Shown here: positions 27,449 through 36,095 of the stretch, one piece after another
How the letters are laid out: each line of letters begins with the position of its first letter
How positions within the stretch are numbered: position 1 is the stretch's first letter
Source of the DNA: Thermoplasmatota archaeon
GTDB taxonomy: Archaea; Thermoplasmatota; Thermoplasmata; Thermoplasmatales; ARK-15
DNA: 64,000 nt
Direction of reading: 5' to 3'
Assembly: GCA_031961545.1 (NCBI GenBank)
Contig: JAVRLK010000001.1
Span: 75,140-139,139 of the forward strand
Position numbers and translations under genes: made by a program
The notes under the pieces: model-generated
Told to the model about the DNA's origin: nothing
What the model saw: the letters and a program-made list of their open reading frames with translations, nothing else
Database searches by the model: none

Positions 27449-28466
27449 GAGCTCCTTCTTTAACCAGAGATACCTTCTTTCTACCATATGCCCCCTCTAT
27501 GTTTGTGAATATTGCTGTTATTGAAACCCTGTTCATCATGTCCTCTTTTATCCTTGTTCCAACCTTAATTTCAGCGTTTGAATCAAGTCCTTCAGTAAGG
27601 CTTTCAACGATTAAATTCATTGCATTTAAACTGAGATCCGGACCACCCGTAATATGTATCAAAGCCCCCTTCGCTGTTGTATGGTCAACATTGTAAAATT
27701 TGTTGTTAAGCGTTTCATCAATAACATACCTTAAATCCCTCAGTTCCCCTTCACCATACATGATTGTTGATGCACCACCTTTTTTCATGAGCCTTGATAA
27801 ATCCGCAAAATCTATACGCATCATGGATGGTTTGTTAACAGTTTCCGCTATGTTATTTATAATATCACTTATAAGAGTGTCCATTATACTGAATGCCTTG
27901 AGTATTGGTAAATTTGGTACAATCTTTAAAAGAACATTGTTGTCAAGCACTATAACTGTATCGGATGATTTATAAAATCTTTCAAGTGAAACCTTCGCCT
28001 TCTCCTGCTTTAGTGGACCTTCTGCAAGGAATGGAAGTGAAACAACCGAAACAGTTAGGGCACCTGTGGACCTTGCAATTTCAGCAACCTTTGGTCCTGC
28101 ACCACCACCCGTCCCTCCACCCAGACCCGCTATAACAAATACAATATCAAAACCTTCAACCTTTTCCCTGATTTCCCTTTCCGAGAACTCAGCGGCCTTA
28201 AGACCCTTTTCAACATCACCTGCCGTTGATTCCCCTTTCAAATACTTTTTACCTATTATTAACTTTATTTCAGCTCCATTGTTCTGTAAAGATAGAAGAT
28301 CCGTGTTTATTGCCATAAGTTTCACGTTTGTTGTCTGCCTTTTGGACAAATTGTTCACCGTATTTGATCCTGCTCCTCCGACACCAACCACAGCCATGTT
28401 AATGTTTCCATCCGATATCTTTGTATTTATCTCCATTGCTTCCTTCAATAACATATCCCAGGCCAT
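27420..28466 (-). CDS. ftsZ: FtsZ-family tubulin-like GTPase (divergent paralogue)
   Basis: AVVGVGGAGSNTVNNL, INTD, tubulin signature AGLGGGTGGGAGP and T7-like RIDFADL. The ATG at 28466 has AGGTGG upstream; the ORF track's GTG is at 28475. Confidence 0.85.
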   Translation of the reverse strand: MAWDMLLKEAMEINTKISDGNINMAVVGVGGAGSNTVNNLSKRQTTNVKLMAINTDLLSLQNNGAEIKLIIGKKYLKGESTAGDVEKGLKAAEFSEREIREKVEGFDIVFVIAGLGGGTGGGAGPKVAEIARSTGALTVSVVSLPFLAEGPLKQEKAKVSLERFYKSSDTVIVLDNNVLLKIVPNLPILKAFSIMDTLISDIINNIAETVNKPSMMRIDFADLSRLMKKGGASTIMYGEGELRDLRYVIDETLNNKFYNVDHTTAKGALIHITGGPDLSLNAMNLIVESLTEGLDSNAEIKVGTRIKEDMMNRVSITAIFTNIEGAYGRKKVSLVKEGALMDVDSIYP

Positions 28467-28629
28467 TTTTACCACCTGTCATATAAATATTTAATTTTGT
28501 CTGACATTTGTCTTAATTAACAATTCAGTTTATAAATCTTTCCATTATTTTTACCAATCATTTTTTAACATTGTACCAAAATATTTATATGGGATTTTGC
28601 CTTGTTTTTTCATTGCAGAGGTAGATAGT

Positions 28630-31308
28630 ATGAAGAAAACAACAGCAGCTATTATAGCTGCGGTGGTAGTGATTGTTGTAGTGGTAGCAGCAGTAGCAGT
28701 AGTAATGTATAAACCATCGAGTACAACGACTACAACTTCAACACCAACTCCACCACCTGTTTCAGGACCAACAGCGGTTTCTGTATCTGCATCCACACAA
28801 CTTGCATCTGCAGGAAGTGAAATAACATTCACAGCAACGGTTACGGGAAATGCAACATCCGTAACGTGGAACTTCGGTGATGGTTCTACGGCAACAGGAT
28901 TAACTGTTAATCACGCTTATCAATATGCTGGATCATACCTTGTTGAAGTAAATGCTTCAAATTCAGCGGGATATGTTACAAACCTTGCCCATCTGTTTCC
29001 AGTAACAATAACAGCTCCCCAGCTTTCACCATCTGTGGCAAGTGAAGCTTCACAGCCAGTTATAACGTTCAACACAACAATAAACAAAAATGCACCAATA
29101 TTTGGAATAAATGAAAATGCTAATTTTCTACTATCATATCTCCAGCCACCATCCGCAGCAAACTGGTCCCTTGCATACTATGTTATAAACTTCGGTGATG
29201 GAAACTCAGCTGTTTATCCTGTCCAATACAACAGTTCATCAGGATCATTTTTGAGCCAACTTGTTACTCACACCTATTCTAAACCAGGTATTTACACAGT
29301 AACATTAACATTGATATCTTATAACCAGACAAATTTCATGAATGATCTCGTTGTAAACAATACAACATCCATAAGCTATTTACCAACAAGCTATATGTCA
29401 CAGGTTTTGAGTGGAGAGCATTATAATATGACAGCCATGTACACAATAGTTGTTGCATCAAATGTTCAAACAGTTGGTATATTAAAAGGAGCTGGAAATG
29501 TTCCAAATCCCGGTGTGATAAATGTTGCTGAGGTTGTGCCCAGTGGCCCATATTCATTTGATCCAGCAATAGACTATGAAACAGTGGGTTATGAGATAAT
29601 AGCAAATGTTTATGAAACATTGATAGCATACAATGGATCAAGCACAACACAATTTGTACCAATAGTGGCAAAACAGGTACCATCCATTTCCAATGGCCTC
29701 ATTTCACCAGATGGCTTGAATTACACATTCTACATTAGGTCAGGACTGAAATTTGCAAACGGAGATCCTGTGACAGTGTTTGATGTGTATGCAAGCTTGG
29801 TAAGAACATTACTCTTCATGACCGGAGAACCGGGAACAGCAGGTTGGATCCTTGCACAGGATCTTTTGCCAGGTGGCGGATGGGCATTGAACTGGTCCAA
29901 TGGACAATCTCTTTATACGAATATTACAAGCGCTATAACATACAACAATGCAACACAGAGTATAACATTCCATCTTTTGAAACCAGATCCGGCATTTCTG
30001 TACTATGTTGCAGATGCGCTTGGTGGTGGAATTGTCGATTATAATTGGCTTGTCCAGCATGGAGCAGGCATACAGTTTACACCGTCAGGATTCCTGAATT
30101 ACACAAAATTTGGGAACGAGGCAAACTATAATACCTATGTGCGCTGGAATACCATGGGGTCAGGTCCTTACATGATTGAATCATACTTACCTGGACAATC
30201 AATTGTCCTTGCACCAAATCCTAACTTCGTTCCAATCCCTGGTGTTCCCGGGTACAATAAAGTTCCAACACTTAAGGTATATATACAGTGGGTAAAGGAT
30301 CCTGAAACAGCATTATTGATGATGGAAAGTGGTCAATCTGATATAACAAACGGATTGCCAACATCAGATTATCCAATAGCTGCTTCACTGCAATCACAGG
30401 GTAAATTGAATATATATTTCTTCCCCACACTTTCAGTCTTCTTCTTTAACTTCGTATGGAACGTTAATGTATCAATGATGCAGAGTGTTTACGGGTCCCA
30501 GTATCACTTGCCATACAACTATTTTGCCAATCCTCTTGTAAGAAAGGCATTTGCATATGCATTCAACTACACGGATTATATTGACTATATACTTGGTAAC
30601 AAAGTATACCATGCAAACTTCGGATTCCATTACACCGGAATAATACCAAAGGGCATGATTGGCTATGTTCCTCCACAGAACCTTTCAAATGTCCCAGTAT
30701 ATAATCTTACACTTGCAAAACAGTTCATGATGGAATCTGGAATGTACAATGTGAGCGTGAACATACCTATAGTAATATATGCCGGTGATCCTATTGACTA
30801 TGCTGCAGCAGGCATGTGGGCACAGAATCTTACCGCAATGGATCCAAATATACACGCATCACCTGTTTATCAGCCATTCTCTGCAACAATAGGTTACATG
30901 GTTCCGGGTGCAAATCCAATGCCTATCTATCTATTAGGATGGGCACCTGACTATCCATATCCTTCAGATTACGTAAACGCAATGTACCTGGAAGGTGGAA
31001 CATATCCAGCAGCAAATGGATGGAATTATACCAACTTAATGGCATGGAATTACACGCAGGAAGCACAGGAATGGAAGAACATGACAAATCTGATACTTCA
31101 GGCTGACAGTACTGCCAATGAAACACTTGCAATACACCTATACGATCAGGCAGAACAGATTGCTGTGAATCTAACATTGTTCGTTTACACATACCAATCA
31201 AATGCCTTCTGGTTCTATTCTCCATGGTTGCATGGAGTACAGTATGAGGAAAACCCAATGATCGGCGGTGGCGGTGACACGTTGTACTTCTATTTAACAA
31301 AGGGATAA
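28630..31308 (+). CDS. ABC oligopeptide/dipeptide-family (family 5) substrate-binding protein with N-terminal TM anchor, Thr/Pro linker and two PKD-like domains
   Basis: Anchor MKKTTAAIIAAVVVIVVVVAAVAVV, then linker SSTTTTTSTPTPPP. PKD-like WNFGDGSTATG...HAYQYAGSYLVEVNASN and INFGDGNS...HTYSKPGIYTVTLTL. SBP_bac_5-like core YSFDPAIDYETVGYEIIANVYETLIAYNG. ATG 28630 is preferred over the upstream TTG. Confidence 0.85.
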   Translation: MKKTTAAIIAAVVVIVVVVAAVAVVMYKPSSTTTTTSTPTPPPVSGPTAVSVSASTQLASAGSEITFTATVTGNATSVTWNFGDGSTATGLTVNHAYQYAGSYLVEVNASNSAGYVTNLAHLFPVTITAPQLSPSVASEASQPVITFNTTINKNAPIFGINENANFLLSYLQPPSAANWSLAYYVINFGDGNSAVYPVQYNSSSGSFLSQLVTHTYSKPGIYTVTLTLISYNQTNFMNDLVVNNTTSISYLPTSYMSQVLSGEHYNMTAMYTIVVASNVQTVGILKGAGNVPNPGVINVAEVVPSGPYSFDPAIDYETVGYEIIANVYETLIAYNGSSTTQFVPIVAKQVPSISNGLISPDGLNYTFYIRSGLKFANGDPVTVFDVYASLVRTLLFMTGEPGTAGWILAQDLLPGGGWALNWSNGQSLYTNITSAITYNNATQSITFHLLKPDPAFLYYVADALGGGIVDYNWLVQHGAGIQFTPSGFLNYTKFGNEANYNTYVRWNTMGSGPYMIESYLPGQSIVLAPNPNFVPIPGVPGYNKVPTLKVYIQWVKDPETALLMMESGQSDITNGLPTSDYPIAASLQSQGKLNIYFFPTLSVFFFNFVWNVNVSMMQSVYGSQYHLPYNYFANPLVRKAFAYAFNYTDYIDYILGNKVYHANFGFHYTGIIPKGMIGYVPPQNLSNVPVYNLTLAKQFMMESGMYNVSVNIPIVIYAGDPIDYAAAGMWAQNLTAMDPNIHASPVYQPFSATIGYMVPGANPMPIYLLGWAPDYPYPSDYVNAMYLEGGTYPAANGWNYTNLMAWNYTQEAQEWKNMTNLILQADSTANETLAIHLYDQAEQIAVNLTLFVYTYQSNAFWFYSPWLHGVQYEENPMIGGGGDTLYFYLTKG

Positions 31309-31309
31309 A

Positions 31310-31340
31310 TTTTTAATAAATTATTTTTATTTTTTTATTT
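31310..31340 (+). terminator. oligo-T tract cluster downstream of the binding-protein gene
   Basis: T5, T5 and T7 runs lie within 30 nt of the stop (tttttaataaattatttttattttttta). Archaeal termination typically uses oligo-T. This could attenuate read-through into the permease genes. Confidence 0.35.
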
Positions 31341-31406
31341 AAATATTTATGAGTAATGCTTAAATAAAAGAATCCTTTTAGGGTTTTAAAGAAGGTGACA
31401 GGTTTA

Positions 31407-32474
31407 ATGAAACTGTCCACATACCTGATAAGAAGAACATTGATGCTGATACCAACACTTATTGGATTGACTGTGATTGTTTTTGCATTAAGCAGAGCTG
31501 GTGGTATTCAGCTTGTAATTTCTGCATATATAAATCCACATATACCTTATCAGGTTCAATATAATGAACTGGTTAAGGAATTCCACCTTAACGACCCATT
31601 ATGGGTACAATATTACTATTACCTTGTAAGTTTGTTCCAGGGTAACTGGGGATACACAAGAACAGCAATATATACGGGACCTGTTATCGATGCAATTACA
31701 ATATTTTTGCCAAACACAATACAACTCAGTATTGTTGCATTTATTATTGCTGTCCTGATAGGAATTCCTGCAGGTACTGTCTCGGGCGTTAAAAAAGATA
31801 GTTTGACAGACCAGATAACAAGAGTAATTGCATTTGTAGGTATTTCTCTTCCAGTTTTCTGGCTTGCGCAGATTCTTAGCCTGGCCTTTGCAACTGGTAC
31901 GATTAGCCCGAGCTTCGATATCCTGCCTCTTTCAGGAACCGTTGACGCTAACCTTATAGCAAACTTGAGCTGGGTTCAAAATGGTATTTCATATCCAACG
32001 CATGTTATGATGATTGATGCCTTAATACATGGAGACCTACCTGTCTTCTTTTCAGCATTAAGGCATGTTATTCTTCCTGCAACAACACTCGCCTTTACAA
32101 CAATCGCGCCCATAATGAGGTACATGAGAGCAAGCATGGTTGAAAGCATGAACCAGGATTATGTAAAAACTGCCAGATCAAAGGGTATTCCTGAAAAAAT
32201 TGTAATAAAGAAACATGCAAGGAAAAATGCATTGATACCTGTGACAACAGTTCTTGGCCTTATATTTGCAGGTCTTCTTGGAGGAGTTGTTGTAATAGAG
32301 GAAATATTCAACTACCCTGGAATGGGTTATTGGACAGTTCAGGCATTGATTAACTATGATACGGGTGGAATTATGGGATCCACATTACTCTTTGGTCTAA
32401 TTCTCGTTACAGCAAATTTCATTGTGGATTTACTCTATGCATATATTGATCCAAGGATTAGGCTGGGTGAATAA
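31407..32474 (+). CDS. ABC peptide transporter permease (OppB/DppB-like)
   Basis: N-terminal YLIRRTLMLIPTLIGLTVIVF and the EAA-loop region YVKTARSKGIPEKIVIKKHARKNALIP. SD AAGGTGA lies upstream of ATG 31407. Confidence 0.9.
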   Translation: MKLSTYLIRRTLMLIPTLIGLTVIVFALSRAGGIQLVISAYINPHIPYQVQYNELVKEFHLNDPLWVQYYYYLVSLFQGNWGYTRTAIYTGPVIDAITIFLPNTIQLSIVAFIIAVLIGIPAGTVSGVKKDSLTDQITRVIAFVGISLPVFWLAQILSLAFATGTISPSFDILPLSGTVDANLIANLSWVQNGISYPTHVMMIDALIHGDLPVFFSALRHVILPATTLAFTTIAPIMRYMRASMVESMNQDYVKTARSKGIPEKIVIKKHARKNALIPVTTVLGLIFAGLLGGVVVIEEIFNYPGMGYWTVQALINYDTGGIMGSTLLFGLILVTANFIVDLLYAYIDPRIRLGE

Positions 32475-32476
32475 AT

Positions 32477-33385
32477 ATGGCGGAATATACATTCAGGGAA
32501 AGTTTGAAACCAAGAATTGAGAATTTCAAACTCACAATGTCCATCCTTTTAAAAAGTCCAGCATCATTGATTGGCATGATAATTGTTATTGCCTATATCA
32601 TAATTGCATTGCTTGATCAATTTGATCCTTCAGCTCTCGGTTTAACAGGAAGTGTTGACTACCTTTATCCGAATTTCATAAATACTGTTCCAATGCCACC
32701 TGGTCCCGGACACCCTCTGGGTACAACATACCCTGGTATTGATCTTTATCAAGGAATAATGAAGGCCATAAGAATTGATTTAAGTTTTGCTGTCTTTGTT
32801 GTAACGTTTGGAGCTCTATCTGGAATTCTCATAGGTGTAGTTTCGGCCTATTATGGTGGATGGGTTGATGAGATTGTAATGCGTATAACAGATATTTTCT
32901 TCAGCATTCCATACCTTGTTCTTGCAATAGCTGTAGGTGTATTTCTAGGAAGATCCCTTCTCATTCTCTCAATAGCTCTAATAATAATATGGTGGCCTAT
33001 CTATGCAAGGGTTGTAAGAGGTCAGGTTCTTTCCCTAAGAGAGCAGACATTTGTTGAGGCAGCTAGGGCATCGGGGGTAAAGAATGGAAAAATTATGTTA
33101 AAGCATATACTTCCCAATACATTTGCACCCATATTCGTTCAATTTTCATTCGACCTTGCAACAATAGTCCTCACACTTGCAACATTATACTTCATAGGAT
33201 TTGCACCTTCAAACACATATATGCCGGAACTTGGTTACCTTTCAAGTATAGGTTATGAGTATGCAATTGTGGGTGACTGGTGGACAATAGTATTCCCGGG
33301 TTTTGCATTGCTCATATTCGCTCTTGGAATGAACCTGCTTGGTGATGGTTTAAGGGATGCTCTTGATCCAAGGTTGAGAAGGTGA
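32477..33385 (+). CDS. ABC peptide transporter permease (OppC/DppC-like)
   Basis: FVEAARASGVKNGKIMLKHILPN and the C-terminal GDGLRDALDPRL. Confidence 0.9.
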   Translation: MAEYTFRESLKPRIENFKLTMSILLKSPASLIGMIIVIAYIIIALLDQFDPSALGLTGSVDYLYPNFINTVPMPPGPGHPLGTTYPGIDLYQGIMKAIRIDLSFAVFVVTFGALSGILIGVVSAYYGGWVDEIVMRITDIFFSIPYLVLAIAVGVFLGRSLLILSIALIIIWWPIYARVVRGQVLSLREQTFVEAARASGVKNGKIMLKHILPNTFAPIFVQFSFDLATIVLTLATLYFIGFAPSNTYMPELGYLSSIGYEYAIVGDWWTIVFPGFALLIFALGMNLLGDGLRDALDPRLRR

Positions 33386-33389
33386 TTCA

Positions 33390-34754
33390 ATGGAAAGAAA
33401 GGTTCTAGTTAAAGTTGAAAACCTGAAAACACACTTCGTAACATGGAAAGGTGTTGTCAAGGCACTGGATGGTGTAAACCTTGAAATTTATGAGGGTGAA
33501 ACGCTGGGACTTGTCGGTGAAACTGGATGTGGAAAATCAGTAACATCCTTATCCATAATGGGTCTCATACCTCCAACACAGGGATGTATAGTTGAGGGTA
33601 AAATATACTTTGAGGGTGTTGAATTAACAAAGAATGTAGGAAAGGATGTTAGAATCGTTCAGAAAAGAAAAAAGGCAAAACTCAAAGTTAAAAGAAAACT
33701 TTACAATAAGACACAGGAATTCCTGAATAAATTCCGCGGGGAAAAAATGGCAATGATATTCCAGGAGCCCATGACCGCTTTGAACCCTGTACTATCAATA
33801 GGCTATCAGCTAACTGAACCGATCCTTGAACATCAAAGGAAACAGCTTGCACAGAGGATCCTTGCGAGAGAGACATTGAGTGATGAAAAATTCATGGAAA
33901 TAAAAAATGCTGTTTTCTCAGGAGACAAAAAGGCACAGGAAAAATTTTCAAACGATGAAATTTCAATGGCAATGGTACAGCAGATGAGTTCAATTTTTTA
34001 TAGAACCGATCTAACAAAACTTCAGAAGGAAGAAGAAATTGATAAACTTAAAAATGATAAAAAATTGTCAAGGTTGAGAATAAATTATCTTAAGGCTGTG
34101 GCTGAAGGAAAAAATCCATTAATTGGAAGGATCCCAGGTCTAAAGGGCTACTTGAACAAACCTTTAATAAAAGAAGCTGAAAAAAGGGCTATAGAATTAT
34201 TAAGGTTGGTGAACATTTTCAACCCTGAAAGTCTCCTGAATGCATATCCGCATGAACTCAGCGGCGGTATGAGACAGAGGGTAATGATAGCCATGGCCAT
34301 GTCCTGCGATCCAAAGCTACTTATAGCTGATGAACCCACAACAGCACTAGATGTAACAATCCAGGCCCAGATACTTGATCTTATGAAGGATCTGAAAGAA
34401 AGAACATCCTCTTCAATACTCTTCATCACCCATGATCTTGGTGTTATTTCTGATGTTGCTGACAGGGTTGCTGTTATGTACGCAGGAAACATTGTTGAGA
34501 TCGGTGAAAAAATGCAGATATTCTATAATCCAAAGCATCCATACACGCAGGGACTTCTGAGATCCATACCGACGGAAGAAACAATGAAATCAAAGCTGCA
34601 TATAATTCCTGGGAGTATACCAAACATGATAAATCCCCCACCTGGATGCAAGTTCCATCCGAGGTGTGAATATGCCATGGACATTTGCTCAAGGGAAAAA
34701 CCTCCCATGAAGGAAATTGAACCGGGTCATTATGTTGCCTGCTGGCTCTACTGA
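33390..34754 (+). CDS. ABC peptide transporter ATPase (OppD/DppD-like) with large insertions
   Basis: GETGCGKS, MIFQEPMTALNP, YPHELSGGMRQR, LLIADEPTTALD, and a C-terminal Cys motif GCKFHPRCEYAMDIC...GHYVACWLY. At 454 aa it exceeds the ~330 aa typical of the family. Confidence 0.9.
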   Translation: MERKVLVKVENLKTHFVTWKGVVKALDGVNLEIYEGETLGLVGETGCGKSVTSLSIMGLIPPTQGCIVEGKIYFEGVELTKNVGKDVRIVQKRKKAKLKVKRKLYNKTQEFLNKFRGEKMAMIFQEPMTALNPVLSIGYQLTEPILEHQRKQLAQRILARETLSDEKFMEIKNAVFSGDKKAQEKFSNDEISMAMVQQMSSIFYRTDLTKLQKEEEIDKLKNDKKLSRLRINYLKAVAEGKNPLIGRIPGLKGYLNKPLIKEAEKRAIELLRLVNIFNPESLLNAYPHELSGGMRQRVMIAMAMSCDPKLLIADEPTTALDVTIQAQILDLMKDLKERTSSSILFITHDLGVISDVADRVAVMYAGNIVEIGEKMQIFYNPKHPYTQGLLRSIPTEETMKSKLHIIPGSIPNMINPPPGCKFHPRCEYAMDICSREKPPMKEIEPGHYVACWLY

Positions 34755-34763
34755 GGTGAAAAG

Positions 34764-36050
34764 ATGAATAATGAACCACTGATAGTTGGAAGACAGTTAA
34801 AAAAGCTCTTTGAACTAAAAACAGGTATGTTCACAAGAAGGAAACTTTACGTTAAGGCTGTGAACGGTGTTGATATTGTTATACATAAAGGTGAGGTTGT
34901 TGGACTTGTTGGTGAATCTGGATGCGGAAAAACGACACTTGGCCGTTTACTTCTAAGATTAATTGAGCCATCGGGCGGAGAACTTTTCATAGATCCACCA
35001 CAGGAAATAATGAATAAAATTATGAACAATGAAAAATTAAGCAATGATGAACTCAAAAAATATTCCCTTTACCATATGTCAAAGAAAAAGGTAAGGGAAA
35101 TGAGGAAAGATATACAGATAGTTTTCCAGGATCCATATTCCTCTCTTGATCCCAGGTATCTAATAAAGGATATTATAGCTGAGCCTTTGGTAACATTTGG
35201 ATGGAAACAGAAAGATGCCTATAAAAGGGCTGAGGAACTTTTGATTAAGGTAGGATTGGGCCCTGAATACATGAACAAATTCCCCCATGAACTTTCAGGA
35301 GGTCAGAGACAGAGGGTGGCGATTGCAAGGGCATTAGCGCTTAATCCAAAGTTCGTTGTTCTTGATGAACCAACATCAGCTCTTGATGTTTCAGTTCAGG
35401 CACAGGTTCTTAATCTTCTTGATGATCTGAAGAAGGATTTTAACCTTACAATGCTCTTCATCTCACACCATATACTTGTTGTAAGGCACATAGCTGATAG
35501 AATAATGGTAATGTACCTTGGTAAAATTGTTGAAATTGCTGAAACAAAGGAAATTTTCAAAAATCCATTACATCCATATACGCAGGCTTTACTATCAGCA
35601 GTACCAATACCTGATCCAAAAACAAAAAGGCAGAGGGTAATTTTGGAAGGAGAAGTACCAAGCCCCATCAATCCACCAAAGGGCTGTGCATTCCATACAA
35701 GGTGCAGGTTTGCGTTTGAAAAATGCGGTTGGGAATCAAGGGATCTTGTTGAACCTTTAAGGTTTGCCCTTGATCCTCAAAGGAATCCCGAACTGGGTAA
35801 TTCAGGTTTAAAGAGCATTGAAATCCTCAGCGATACCGATATTATTCTTGAATTCACAGGAAATGTTAATCCTGAGGTTGTAAGATCAATAATTGAGAGG
35901 GAGAAAAAGGAGTCAAACTTAAGGGCTTTCTACGGTATAAAGGAAATAACAAAGGAAAATGAAAAAATACATGTAAAGCTTTATGATCAACAGGAACCGC
36001 AGTTAAAGGATACCGGTAATGGTCATTTTGTTTCGTGCTTCTTATATTAA
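34764..36050 (+). CDS. ABC peptide transporter ATPase (OppF/DppF-like) with C-terminal insertion
   Basis: GESGCGKTT, VFQDPYSSLDPR, FPHELSGGQRQR, VVLDEPTSALD, and GCAFHTRCRFAFEKC ... GHFVSCFLY. SD GAGGTGA lies upstream. Confidence 0.9.
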   Translation: MNNEPLIVGRQLKKLFELKTGMFTRRKLYVKAVNGVDIVIHKGEVVGLVGESGCGKTTLGRLLLRLIEPSGGELFIDPPQEIMNKIMNNEKLSNDELKKYSLYHMSKKKVREMRKDIQIVFQDPYSSLDPRYLIKDIIAEPLVTFGWKQKDAYKRAEELLIKVGLGPEYMNKFPHELSGGQRQRVAIARALALNPKFVVLDEPTSALDVSVQAQVLNLLDDLKKDFNLTMLFISHHILVVRHIADRIMVMYLGKIVEIAETKEIFKNPLHPYTQALLSAVPIPDPKTKRQRVILEGEVPSPINPPKGCAFHTRCRFAFEKCGWESRDLVEPLRFALDPQRNPELGNSGLKSIEILSDTDIILEFTGNVNPEVVRSIIEREKKESNLRAFYGIKEITKENEKIHVKLYDQQEPQLKDTGNGHFVSCFLY

Positions 36051-36095
36051 AACATAAAAAACATTTTTAAAGTCTTTTTTCATTATTTTTAAACA

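Noticed and set aside
28066-28494. A 142-aa ORF with a PPPVPPPRP stretch opposite ftsZ.
   Set aside because: It is the mirror image of the Gly-rich tubulin signature (GGGTGGGAGP) on the true coding strand.
28551-28832. A 93-aa ORF with T/A/V repeats overlapping the start of the Opp binding-protein gene.
   Set aside because: It is antisense to the TM anchor and Thr-rich linker codons, so it is a repeat-driven artefact.
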